64,000 bases of DNA, from the NCBI GenBank assembly GCA_028534125.1, contig CM052832.1, positions 14,448,001 to 14,512,000 of the forward strand, given 5' to 3'. Made by a program: the position numbers and the translations under genes. Below, piece after piece: positions 1 to 13,239 of the stretch. Within the stretch, counting starts at the first letter, position 1, and every line of letters starts with the position of its first letter. Under the pieces are notes generated by a model. That model made no database searches and had not been told where the DNA came from. It worked only from the letters and a program-made list of their open reading frames with translations. The DNA comes from Lama glama (Eukaryota).

Positions 1-3000
1 GTTTAGCAGAAACTCAAGCCCTAATCTTTCTGTTTTACGTCTCAGTCATTCTTGCACACCCAACCCTCAAGAGTTAATAGCAACCAAAGCCTCCGCGGAG
101 CTGAACCAATCAGCATTTCTCCTGATGACATCATGCCTCCAACTGGACAGCTTGCTGGAAAGGGCGAGGCCTCTGGGACCTGGTCTGGAAGAGTGCCCTC
201 CCTGCTGCTGCCACTTCACTTCTCATGGAGGGATTCAAGGGCCAAGGGTCCCCTCGGCTACCATTTCAGATGATACCAGGACCAACCCCCAAATCCTTGA
301 CCAGAAATTATTCTCAGCTTATACAAAATGCATACAAAGCATGTCCCTGCTCTTCACCCATTTCTCACTAGTTTAATATTTATGAAAGCTGATTATAAAG
401 CAGGAATTTATCACTTAAGCCTTTAGCCAAGTTTTAAATGACTCAAATGTTTACACTAAGTAGACAAGCCTTCTGTGGTTTTCTCTTTCCTAAACTTCAA
501 TCCCATTCAAAGGCAGATATGTGAGAGACCTATTTGACCCCACAGACCTTTTATATATTTACACCACAATCTGCCCAGGAGGTTATTTTTGTTCTTCTTG
601 TGAGAAGCATTTGTTTCAGACATGAATTGCTGCTGCTGTGTTGTGGGTGTGTACCTGTGGGTGTGTACAGTGCAGGGACAGAGGAGGACAACAGACTAGG
701 AGCACACAACTGAAATGCTGACGACACTGCCAACTGGGTGGAAGAACAGGTTTCTTCCCTATAGCTGAAAGTGGGAAAGGCTTCAAGTTAAGTGATGAAT
801 TTCTCTTGCATCCCAGCACCCTGAATATCCATGCCTGCTGGTTCATCTGCAAATGAAGATTAATTTACAATTTATATGCAAGAGCCATGTTTACTGCTCC
901 AGCACAGAGCCATCTATGGTTGTTCAGAGTTGACAGAAACAGCACTAGAAATGTTTGTATCACTTAGGGTCCCTGCAGGGAAAAGATGGCACATTGGAAC
1001 TGGGGAACTGAAGGAGATTAATAAAGGGATTATTTACACAGGGTTGAGTAGGGATGGGAGCTGGTCACAGCCTGGAGCCCCAGGCTGGGAAAGCCAAGGG
1101 GAGGGACTGGTAACTGGAAGGCAGAGAGAGCAGCTATAGGAAAGGGTCCCTCACAGGACTGGTGGGCTTCCGTGGAGGGACACAGCCAATCCAAGATTTC
1201 CTTGGCTCCACATGGGTCAGCTTCTGAGAGTGTAGGGAACGCACTGAAGGGCAGATGGAAAATGGCCTGCACAGTGTCTAATGATGGAGAGCAGTTTAAA
1301 GAACAACAAACTAATTGACCTTATGATACAACCAGAGAATTGAAAATGATGCCTTTTAGAATGAAGATCTGAATCCAGACCTTACTGACACTGCCATGGT
1401 AAGATATTCACAACGCACAGCAGTTAGGTAAGAAAAGCAAACTATAAATCAGTAAATATACTAATACCCCACATTTGGATATACATCCAATGTTAACAGA
1501 GGTTAACTATGCAGAGAGATGTAGGTGATTTTCCCACTTACCTGTATACTTTAAGGTTTTATTTATGGACAGCTTCTCAGTTTAACTTGGATTATGCCCT
1601 CAAGGGATCATTAAGATAACAAACTGGCTGACTTGACTGGAGAACACAGAAAGTTTCTGCTGAAGCTTGGATTTAGATCTGCTCTTAGGCTGAGTGCTTT
1701 TAAAAGTAAACTCGGTTTTACTTCTTTGTTACCAAATATATAACAGAAAATAGGGAGAATACAAATGTCACTAATGGATACTGTCAGGGATTCTCCTTAA
1801 CCAGGCTGATGTGTTCAGAAGCCAGCTTGTCCAGGAGACTCACAAGGGCCACACTAACCACCTGCGAGGAGCAGGCTGTGTTTGGAGAAAGTGACTCCTG
1901 CTCTGTCAGCGGTGCCCGTTCCCCCAGCTATATGCCCCTTTATCCCAAACACCCAGCCAATCAAGTTGCCGCCGCTGGCCATGATGGAGAATACACTGGA
2001 ACAATAAACAGTAGAGAGGGCTACAGATTGCTCTCTAAGCTCTGTTCTCTCAGGGAACCAGGCAGAAAGCCTCATTAATTTCTCAAGAACAATGGGGTGG
2101 GGGTGGGGGCTGCCCTACTTTCCCAGGCTGGGCGGGCTCTTCCGTCTTGGGTGGGGCAGAGTCCTACAGGAGGTTACAGGCTGAAGGGCTTGAACTGGAC
2201 TGCCTCCCAGCTGCTCTGCCACCCCTGGACCACCCCCAAAGCTCTGCCTTTTTAAAGTTCTGAAGACACTCCAGGCCTCAGTTCCCATTCTCCAAAGCTC
2301 CAGGCACAATAATATTAGTATCTACCATTCACTCAATACTTTACGCATACTAGGAACTGTGCTCAGCACTGAGACATATATCTAAGTGGTAAAAACACCT
2401 CGAAAACACAGATTTGACCGCCTCTGTTTCACAAATAAGGTTAACAACACTGAGGCTTCCTAGAGCCACTCACGCATGAAGATGGAGTCGATGGAGCTGG
2501 GGCTCAAAGCCGGATCTGCTGACTCTGGCCCAAGCCCCGTGAACTACCCTGCCCTGCCTTCCAGGGGCAGCCTGGCCAACTCTCACCAACTCCATCTGTG
2601 CTGAGATCACAGCTGCCCAGGCCGCTAGAGCCTTCCTCTTTCTCCTAGGCCCATGGTGAAGAACTGAGCTGGGCCCAGAGCAGCCTTCCCCACCTCCTGG
2701 GGATCTAATGATGACAAGCACAAGATACAGGCAAAGCTGCCTTCAGGGTAGGGTCAGGGTAGGGTGGGGAGCAGCCATCAGCTAATGGCTGGTTCTAGGG
2801 AAGTCAGCCAATGCCCCGTGTTTAGGGCCCACCAATGGGCGAAACACTTCTGAAGTTTCTCTTTAGATAGAGATATCCACAAAAACCAAGTGTAATATGA
2901 CTCAAAAATAATGTTGAAGGGTTACACACAAAGGACCCTGTTAATGTTTACTATGCAAGCAAAGCTCGATCTTTTGAATTCTTTCCAGTAAGACCTCAGT

Positions 3001-5060
3001 TGCCTTTACTTCTTTCAAATTTAAAATGTAACCTTAAAGCCATACTAGAGCCTGCCGAGGACATGCAAACCTCGAACAGTTCCTGGGTTCACTGTATCCA
3101 CCTGCAATCTCTACTGCAAAGGAAATATCAGCATATGAACCTCCTCTCATTAAGATGCCAAGAGACCACTGATGTATTAGCCCAAAGAGCAAACTTCAGT
3201 TAAGCCGGGCTGTGCCTCAGAGATTTCATGCTTCTTTTCCAGGAGGAAGTGATGGAGCCCACAACACTGCCTGGCAACGCTACATGCTAACAGGGCACAG
3301 ATATCCTGTGAAGAATCGCCCGGCACAACTGACTCCTCAGGGTGGGGGATACACACAGGAGACGGAGCCATAACGAGGTACTTCATCTGACTGGTAAAGC
3401 TGTCTTCCAGCCCATTTTCTGAAGATTCTGAGACACTGCCTTGTTATCAAATACTCACTTCTTGGCCTCATGTTCAAGGTCCTCTCACTGTCTGGTCCCA
3501 ATCTCACTTTCTACACCCTTATTTCTCATTCTTCATGCAAACTCACACTCTACTGGAGCCCATGACCTAAGCCTTCCAGCTCCACACCTGTGCTCATGCT
3601 GTTCCCTCCACCTCAAGGCCCTTTCTTCACCCCTCTAGTGACAATCTGGTTCTAACTAAGACATTTGGTCCTTCCATTCCACGTCCAATTCTACTTCTGC
3701 GATCCTTCCTGAAACCCACTTCTACCCTCTTAGACCTCTCTGCCCATCTCACTCCCACTGACCTTCTTCTCCTCTGACCTCTCCTGCCATTTCAGAGAAT
3801 ACTGCATTTATCTTATTCTTAAGCTGCCTTATCCTATACTTGACTGTAAATTAGTAAAACTCTGTTTTGAAAAATAAAGGTAGAGCACACATTCCTACAA
3901 ACACATACTGCGATGTGTGTAATCTCCTGGGGTCCAGGACTCTCGAACGCAAACTGCTGTCCCCTAAGTGGCCTGGCATCTGGTACAGGCTCACCAAATC
4001 CTGGTTTACTAGACAGTGAAAACCTTCCATTGCACAGGATTTCCTGGTCCTGACTCAACAGAGTCCTGAAGCTCCTCTTATCTGAGGATGAGTGCTGGAG
4101 GAAATGCCCGGCCCTCTTCCCACACTGGGAATGGGATTAGCTTCGGTTTACATAACTTTGCAGCTGCACCCCGAATGGGCTGGGTAGGGCATTTAGTCTA
4201 CAGAATGTTCAAATGGACATGGCAGCTGCCGTGCTCCCCTCCTCTTCGAGAGCTAAATTCATCTCTTGAAAATGTTCCGGGGAGACAGATCCAGTACACT
4301 TCAAAGTCAGCTTCCTCCTGATAAGAAGCCTGCAGGGGTAGCACTTTAACATTCCCTGGGTGTTTACCCATCTTTGAGAAACACATTCTTCTGCCCAGTA
4401 AGACATGTCACAGGTCACTGAAAAATATTTGGGCACATATTTCTAACTATTCTATAACAATGGTTATGAAAGGAACCTGGGCCAAATGTTTTCTCCCCAC
4501 TAATCTTTGTTTCCTGAACCACCTAGCCCTCTGCCTTGTTAACCCGGGAATGTGGGATGGGCAGGATGCTTATGCCGAGAGAGCATTTGTTCTTCTAGGG
4601 GACACAGTAAGAACAATTACAGAGCAGTGGGGAACAGAAAACCCCCTTCTGATTCCTTTCAGCAGGTTCTCCCACAGGTCCCCCCATGCCCCTCTCTCCC
4701 CACTTCCTCCTGAAGACTCACAGGAAGCACTCTAGTTCTTCTGAAGCCTCTTTGGGTGAGCCTGACTCCCTCAGTGGGGCTGAGGAGATCCAAATATTTC
4801 CAAACAGCATGTCATTTCTAGGAACTGCCTCTCCCTCAGTCCTGCTCTGCTGGGGCCTCCACCCTCCAGATTAACCGTGAATGGACCTGTCCTCTGCCAT
4901 ACAGGCAGCAGACTCCCTGCCCTGGCTCCCTGGGGCTGTCAGAAATACCCCGGTCGCAGTGCAAAGGAACGGGGGAGACCCCAGCTCACATTCTGGTCCT
5001 GGGAGTTGGCACACACACAGGAGACCTGTGGTGGGCTCTCCGTGACGTCACACGCCTTAC

Positions 5061-5653
5061 CTCATCCCACTCCGAGGCAAAGGAAGGTGACTTCTCCAGC
5101 CTCTTCTTCCCGATGCTGCAGTTGGACAAGGACTCACTGCGGCTCCCCATTGTAGCGTCCTGCTCCGTAGGGGAGCAGGTCAGGAGATCAGAGTCAGACT
5201 TGGACAAGCTTCGGCTGAGTTTGAGCTCAGCTTTGGGTTTGCTGGTGGGAGGGGCTCGGCTTCTGGCCCCGCTCCGGTCTCCTTCTTCCTCGGCACCACC
5301 AGGGTGTGGAGATGCCGTGTGCGTCAAAGTTTCGGGGTGCGTTTGGCTGTGGGTGGTGGGCAGGCCCGCTGGGTAGCCCACTCTCTTACTCTGTTCCAGT
5401 GCACTGGGCGGGGAGGCTCCAGAGGCGTGCACACCCGTCTCCTCCAGCTGCATGCTGGCCTCGGGGCAGGCACCCTGAGCAGGGGATCCTTCTGGATGGC
5501 TCTGGCCAGGAGCTGAGAGCAGCTGGAAAGGGTCCTGCCCCACCTCACACACCGGGGAGGAGCCGTGGAGGAGACCTGAGAACTGCTCCGGGACCTGCCC
5601 GTCCTGCCCCTCCGCAGAGTCCTGGCTCCGGCTGCCGCTGCTCCGCCTGTGGT
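5061..5653 (-). CDS. ANKS1A: ANKS1A exon 11 (593 nt): (D)[43 protein letters not shown]...[13 protein letters not shown]...SRSESLSN...[11 protein letters not shown]
   Basis: Acceptor cactccaag|ACCAC and donor GATGAG|gtaagg; overlaps ORF 4986..5552; phase matches exon 10. Confidence 0.96.
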
Positions 5654-6052
5654 CTTGGAGTGGACGGAGAGACAGAGAAATAAAAAATTAAACGTGGCAA
5701 AAATCAACAAAGTTCCAGTGCAGTGAGCCTCTGGCCGGGCAGAGAAATTCAAAAGCAGAGGGAAAGAGAGAGAAGCTGGATGGGCTGGGGAGAGGGCAAA
5801 GGCAGAGAAGAGGAGACAGGAAGGAAGAAAACAGTTTCGTATTGTTCTTAATGTTCAATTTGTACCCAAAGTCAGAGCATTTATGAAATTCCAAACACGG
5901 GCCTGATTAATGCTATCTGGCAGCTTTCCTTGTTGTTAGATTTCTGTTAACATTAACTACCAGACCTTGCTATATAAGGCAAGAAGAGGTGCTAACTACA
6001 TCCTCCAGAAAGGACACAAGTGAGGAGAGAGTGAGTGAACACGGAGTAAAAG

Positions 6053-6074
6053 TGAGAGAGAGAGAGAGAGAGAG
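6053..6074. repeat. (GA)n microsatellite
   Basis: Direct reading. Confidence 0.9.
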
Positions 6075-8744
6075 CGTGCCAGCGAGCAAGCACGAGCAAG
6101 CGAGACTCACTCCTGGAACATCTGATACATTTCCATAAAGGCCAAAGTGTTATTTAGAGCTACCCGCCGGCCCTCCCTCTGGCAAGCAGCAACAGAGGAA
6201 GAAAAAAAAAAATGGAAGTCATGATCCTCAACCTGCAACTGCTGGAATTCCTTAACTGAAAGTGCAAAACAAAACAGCAGAGAAATAACTGCTTCCTTCC
6301 TCAGAGGGGGCGCAATTCCGAGCTCCACGCCTCATCCTTCCTTCCTCAGGGAGCCCTGACATTTTTTTCCCTGAAAATGTGCACATCTCACTCCTTCCAA
6401 AGCCTCCCAGCTGCTCCTATTTGTTTTAAGTTTAACCTTAGTTGATCCACTGAAATCAAAATGGTCTGATTTGTCAATGCCAAGAGACATCTGCAGTTCT
6501 CTCAAGACCGCCCTAACATCCCAGAAATCTGACACTCCTAGCTCGTGAGGCCAACTACTACTGTATACTCACCCAAGCTATCAAATACCTCTGCCCTGAA
6601 GTAGCATAAATAATTGACCAAATCAGAGTCCAACTTCAGTAGCACACTGGGACACCCAAAGGGCTCTCCCTGCATGAACTCAGACCCATCAGAGATTTTA
6701 ACCTGCCTCAGAAGGGTAGATAATCACCCTGGGTCCAGCATTAGCTCACATTCCACAGCTAATATTCAACTTTATTTTCTCCATAAGTGGAACCTATGGT
6801 ATATACACCAAATGACTCCCTAGTCTGCCTGAAGCTCCCAAAACTGTTCATGAGATCAGAGAATCTTGGAACAGAAACGGTCAAGTTCAACTATTTTTAC
6901 AGATGAGAAATCTAAGGCTCTCAGGCCTTTAGTGGTTTGTCCAAAGTGGTGGGGGAGAAGGTTTAACCTAGGCGTCTGAACACCTGGCTCTGGTCCTGGT
7001 TGTGCTGTTCTTTCTCTGTGTGGCCTTGGCAGTGAGCTTGTCTTACTGGGCTTCAGTATCTAAAATAAGTAGACTGGACTGCATAGTCCTTAAAAATCCC
7101 CTTTATGACAGGACAGTGGTGAGATCCAAGCCTCAACCATACTGCAGTGGCACACTTGCCCCCCTTGGGGGTCTGCAGAGCCCTGCTGGGGTGCCTCTCC
7201 CATGACTGCCTGCACAGCATCCTCTCCCCTTCACAAGCTGGCCTGCAGCCTCAGGGATCCTTCCTGAAGCTCAGTTCTGCACCTGAACAGGGCAGTCAGG
7301 CGAGGAGGGGTGCACTTCAAAATATGAGGCTTCCCTGCCCACGCGTGATGCCCGTGTCCCACAGCACTGGTTCTTCCAAAACAGAGTTTAAGGAAGGACC
7401 CTCTCAACCAGCTCTCCAAATAAGCCCGTCTCCCTGAGATCTGAGCAGGGACATGGTTCCATGCACCCCCACCCGCTAAAGAAGAGTGGTTCAGCCTCCA
7501 CAGCCTGCTCAGCTTTTGGCAGGTCTGCAGCGGCTGCAAGGGGGCGGCCAATTAGCTCCACTCTGTGGCTCTGATTACTTATCCACAGGAACCCAGAAGT
7601 ATGAACTTTGGCATCTCCTTCCTCTACACTTGACTGCTTCAGGACTTTCACACCCCATACTCACAAACCCTATATCCCAAAGGTCAATCCCAGCGCACTG
7701 AACAAGCGCTGACCCACTCGAGTCATGTCTCTAGGGAAGAAGCAGTGCTGTGTACACAAGAGTTCCATACGGCTTGACTCAGACCCCAGGAAGCCCTGAC
7801 TTCAGGGCTCTGAATACCATGTAAGACGACTGACAGCCTGAACAAAGCTGCCCTGGGGTGCTGCACAGTGGGGCCACAGAGGGGTAGAAACATGACCATC
7901 TAATGATGGTTCAGGCCAACAGGACTTCTTAGGAGAGGCTGATGGGGAGAGACAACCAGGGTGCAAAATTTACCACCTCTAGAACTATATTCTAATGACC
8001 AACTTCCTACAGATTCTGGCACAATGTCCCTCTGATTGCACGTAAATACAAAAGAGGACTTTGGTAACTGAAGCACAGGCTTCTATTCCTTCGCAAAAGC
8101 TTCTAGCTTCTTATTTATCTTTTTTTTTTTTTTTTTGAGATGAGAGTCCAACAACAAAAGAACACCACCACAGTCCAGAACTGGGAGCCAGAATGGCTCA
8201 CACTGCCTGGGTGGACCTCAGAACCCAGGCCACAGGGAGTGCCCTGACTGCTACTGTGGGAGCCAACAATGAAGGCCCTGTCTACCAGCCATGCATTCAT
8301 GCCAGCCATCAATGAAGAAAGAAAGACAGATGCCAAGTGCTCAATACCAGACAGATGCTGGAGGAAGGAAGTGGGCAGAAAGAAGGAATGGAAACTCATG
8401 GAAGAAGGAAATATGTGAAGAGTAGGAATTTCTAAGGGTCATAATCCCATCAGAGAAACCACAACCCACCAAAGTATAAGAAATCATGGAAAGAGATTCT
8501 TACAATTACACCACTTACCCAGGCAATTCCCTAGGAAAGACACCTTGGTGTCTAAAAAGCTCATCCAGATCTAAGACCCTCAGGATCTCAATAAGCTGGT
8601 GTTCTCCTTCCCATAAAAAACTATATCCAAAGCTAAGCTAGACTTCCTGGCAAATCAATGAGTGGGGAAAGATCTACTCAATGGTTCCTTCCTTCTGTGA
8701 AGTCAGGATAAAGTTAGGTCGCTTACGGACAAGGTGTTAACAAT

Positions 8745-8935
8745 ATAATGTACTGACCAAAAGCCAGCTCTTGAGCAATTATTTAACTTCTCTGTGCTTG
8801 GTATTCTTCTCTGTAATTTTGGGATCTTAATAGTACTTATTTCACAGGATTGCTGTGAAATTAAATTGTACGTGTAAAGCTTTTAGAACCATGCCTGGCA
8901 CGTGCCAGCTCTAAACAGATGTTAACAACTGTTAT
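8745..8935 (+). mobile_element. MIR SINE
   Basis: tttaacttctctgtgcttgg...taatagtacttatttcacaggattgctgtga...aaagcttttagaaccatgcctggcac core. Confidence 0.8.
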
Positions 8936-11040
8936 TCTCCACACAGGATTCTTATTCTCTCACAGATGAGGCCAACTACTTCTCGGTTCCCCACAGGTTT
9001 GTCACAAGGATCACCAGTGACAATGTGTGTGACAAGTACCAACATCCATTGCCTTCACCATCCTTACAACTCTCGACAGCAGAAGGAGGGGACAGAAGGT
9101 AACACAGTGAGAAGGCTCAAGTGAGAACCACCCATTCCATCAGTAAGCGCAGGCAAAGTGTCTCTCCTCAGGGTCACCTGGAGATCAAGATGAAGATACT
9201 CAGGCTTCTCCAGGAGCTTACCAGCTATTGGAAGAGATCAGCATATAAAGAAATGACTAGAATTCAAGGCCAAGATTAATAGATGCTTTAAGGGAAGTAT
9301 AAACCAACTGCACAGTGGGCAGAGAGTATGATAACTTTGTACCAGGAGGCTTCTCAGAGGAGGTAGGTTTTGAGCTGAGCACTGAAGGAGAAGTAAGGCC
9401 TTGACAGGTTTAAAGAGAAGTTGAAACACCATTAGAAAATATCAGAGACACAAACCCTGTGCCTAGGGACTTGCAGACTCACAGGCTCACAGAAGAGAAC
9501 CCTCGGGCCTGAAGCCTTCATTGAATTAGGAGTCACTGTGCTCCCACTTTCGAAACTACCCAGCTTTTAGGACCCTCCTCCCACACTGACCTCAGCACCC
9601 TTCCCTTCGAGAGAAGCAAAGAGGGGCCAGGACGTGGGGAGGGCCGTTTGCTTCCTCTCCCCATTCCTCAAGCCCACCTACTCCACTGAAAAGTAGGCCA
9701 CACCAGCATGCTAATTTCCAGTCCCTTCAACTTTCCATTTTTATTCATTTTGGGTATTCATTTTCCTTTTACCCTGTGAGCTGCTGAAGCGAGGGGTCTT
9801 CTATGCTGCATTTTAACTACTATGATGATCTACAGGGATCTCAAGGGCTTTTTTGAATAATAACATTTTAACATTTACACATTTTCAGTCACCTCTGCCC
9901 ATTCAAATCAGGGCTGAAAAATGCAGTTCGTGTGAGGACTTGCTAAGTCAAATCAATCCTCAGACTCTGAGGAGAAGGCTGGGGTACTCCAGTTTTCCTG
10001 CTCTGCTTTCTCTGTTCCCTTAGGATTGGAACCTTCCAGTTCCCTAGTCACTGGTGAGCATCAGAAACCGTGTGTGTCCAGGGAACTCCTAAGTTCATGG
10101 CTGTTTTTGGAGGGTCATCATGCTTTCCTTGAAAAGAAGGCATTGACTTGATTACGCAGACATTTGCTGGAGCTCATGACCTGATAAGACAAACACATGG
10201 AGTCCGTTCCAATCCATGGCAAGCAGAGAAAGAGAACAAGAGTTGGACTGGGATTCAAGAGGCCCAAGTTGTAGTTTCAACCCTGTGATTTTTCCTCTCT
10301 GACTCTCTTTCAAAAAATGAATGGCTGGGATGCATTCTCTAGGGCTTTGAGATTTGGTATGGTTTGAATTTGTGATTAGACGGCCTAAGTTCCCTTCCAG
10401 CTCTGTGACGTTAAAACATGAATAGCAGCAGGGCTTCGGGTGAAATGATTTAACCTCATGGTTAAACAGGCTTTGGACTCAGCCACGCTAGGGCTTAAGG
10501 GCCAGCTCTAACACCTAACTTTTTCTTCCTCATCTATTAAACAGGGATAAAAATAGCCTCTACTCGGAAGATTTGACTTGAGATATTCAATGACCTAATC
10601 AGTGTAAATGAACTCAGCACGTGGCTGGCTGGTAAGAAGCATTCAGTTATGGAAGCTGCCAACATTATCATCATTTTTCATTTACAACCATTTCCAAAGG
10701 GCTCTTCATGCTAACACTGCATACAGAGCCTGGTTTCCTTTCTCCCGACTCTACAAAGGAGACTAGTTCCTTCTAAGTGGGCCTGTAAATCTGGCAGAAT
10801 AAAACTCAAATGCCAGGAAAGGTCCTGGCAAGCTTGGTTCAGGGCGATGTGTAAGAGCCTGGTGGATAGTGTTCAGGCCAGGAACCATCTCTACCCACTG
10901 CAGCAACCATAGGTACAGCTCAGCTCTGGGACTCAGGACTATTCTACCTTGACTTGGTCCTGAACATCTCCCCCATTTCCTTAAACTTCCTAAAGCGTCT
11001 GTTCACTGCCTGTTGTTGGACCTCTGGCCCCTCAGACCTC

Positions 11041-11540
11041 NNNNNNNNNNNNNNNNNNNNNNNNNNNNNNNNNNNNNNNNNNNNNNNNNNNNNNNNNNNN
11101 NNNNNNNNNNNNNNNNNNNNNNNNNNNNNNNNNNNNNNNNNNNNNNNNNNNNNNNNNNNNNNNNNNNNNNNNNNNNNNNNNNNNNNNNNNNNNNNNNNNN
11201 NNNNNNNNNNNNNNNNNNNNNNNNNNNNNNNNNNNNNNNNNNNNNNNNNNNNNNNNNNNNNNNNNNNNNNNNNNNNNNNNNNNNNNNNNNNNNNNNNNNN
11301 NNNNNNNNNNNNNNNNNNNNNNNNNNNNNNNNNNNNNNNNNNNNNNNNNNNNNNNNNNNNNNNNNNNNNNNNNNNNNNNNNNNNNNNNNNNNNNNNNNNN
11401 NNNNNNNNNNNNNNNNNNNNNNNNNNNNNNNNNNNNNNNNNNNNNNNNNNNNNNNNNNNNNNNNNNNNNNNNNNNNNNNNNNNNNNNNNNNNNNNNNNNN
11501 NNNNNNNNNNNNNNNNNNNNNNNNNNNNNNNNNNNNNNNN
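11041..11540. other. Assembly gap (500 N)
   Basis: Run of N. Confidence 1.
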
Positions 11541-11804
11541 CTATTCAATATACCAGCTCTGCCTGGATCAGTTTCCAACCAGCCATGATATTTAACCGTG
11601 CCTGACTTAACAGCACACTTGCCATCTCTGTTTCCTTTGATCTTCTGCCAGTTCCAACACTGGGTATTCACAACCATTTGCTTTCTCTTCTCCAGTTGCT
11701 GGAATGTTGAGCCCTGCTGAATACTCAAGAAACAACTGACTGAGTCCTCTACCAGTTTCTTTAACTCAGCTGTCTTCCAGTAGCTACAAAGTGTTAGGTA
11801 CTAG

Positions 11805-11975
11805 TTATTCTGTGCCAGACACTGTGCTAAGCATTTTCTTTTTTTATATTCACAACAACCATGAGGGAAGAATTTGTATCCCTACTTTACCTGCAGAAAT
11901 TGAGTGTCAATAGGTTAAGTGACTTCCTCAAGGCCACCAGCCAAGAAGTGGTAGAGCAAGAATGAAAACCATGAC
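11805..11975 (-). mobile_element. MIR SINE
   Basis: tgtgccagacactgtgctaagc...aggttaagtgacttcctcaagg core. Confidence 0.75.
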
Positions 11976-12334
11976 ATCATCATAAGATCAATTCCTTGTC
12001 TCTTCCACTCTTTTCAAACTGTCATCTTTCCCACGGCACCTACACTGCTGGCGGATAATAGCACCAATTTCCTGAGACGATTTAGATCAAACTTCCTTAA
12101 CTATTCTCAACATCATGTCAAAATCTGGGGATAATTTCATCTCTTCCCACTTGCCTCACAGAAGTACCACCCCATCTAGGACTTACCAATGGCCTTCTGA
12201 TTGCCTAATCCTTTTTCTTTTCTTTATCCTTCTAGCACTTTCTATATCATTTGACACTGTTTATCAGTTGTCCCCAATATGCACTCTCTCCTTCCTTGGT
12301 CACAGGATTTTTTTAGATTGGCTCCTAGCCACCT

Positions 12335-12650
12335 AGAATAAAGACTGTATTTCTCATCTTTGTGGCCAGGTGCAGCCACATGACCAAGCTCTGGCCAATG
12401 GGCTACGAGTGAGAGTTGTCTGTGTAACTTTTGAAAACTGTCTTTAAAGTGCTCTTCTTCTCCCTTCTTCTGGCCTGTGCTGATAGCCTGAACTCGAATA
12501 GTCATCTTGAATGATGAGATGGCAGAAGGAGACTGGGTCCTTGACCACCAGAAACTGCCCTGGACTCCTTACTTCTGGACTTCTATCTTGTTTAACCCAC
12601 AGTTATTTTGGGTTTTTGGTCACACTCAGCCTTGGCTTCTAAGACGCTGT
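12335..12650. mobile_element. MLT1-like (MaLR) LTR fragment
   Basis: gccacatgaccaagctctggccaatggg and ctgccctggactccttacttctggactt motifs. Confidence 0.55.
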
Positions 12651-13239
12651 ATTATCCCAGTTATCTTCCTATGTCTCTTTCCTCTTATGCCTCTCAATGT
12701 ACTTCTGTTCTTGACCTCTTCAGTCGCCCTTGTCTTGCCCTCAGCCCTTTCCTTTAACCGTCACCTCAACGTGCATGATTCATGAATCTGTAGTTCTAAT
12801 AATTACATCTCTCTTGATCACAAGACCCACATTTCCAAGTGTTCATGGTGTATCTTTTATCTGGATATTCTGATACTTGAAACAACTCAAACTTAATACG
12901 TTCAAAATTGAACTTAACATATTTCTTCAAGTGTGTCCCTACTTCAATCCCTTATTTCTGTTAGCTGTACAATATTTCCCCAATTAACCAGGCTCAAAAC
13001 ATTAGAACCATCCTCAATACCCTCTCCTCCTCACTCTTCCACATTTGGTTGTAAGAGCCTGTTAATGTCACCTCTTCAAAGCCTCTGCTGTCCATATCCT
13101 CCTCCCTATCACTTTCTATTGTTCCCCTTACTTTGGGCTCTAATTCCCGTCCAGGGATTCCTTGAGGTCTCTTGACTTCAGGGTACTCCTGACTCCAGTC
13201 TCTCCCAGCTACAATCTAAGATTCTACAACTATACATTA

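Noticed and set aside
5113..5752. Overlapping antisense and alternate-frame ORFs (5113-5376, 5306-5683, 5324-5752)
   Set aside because: Shadows of the GC-rich exon 11, with no independent coding evidence
10954..11728. Long ORFs of 191-241 aa
   Set aside because: Artefacts of the 500-N gap. Exons 10 and 11 join in phase, so no coding exon needs to be in the gap.
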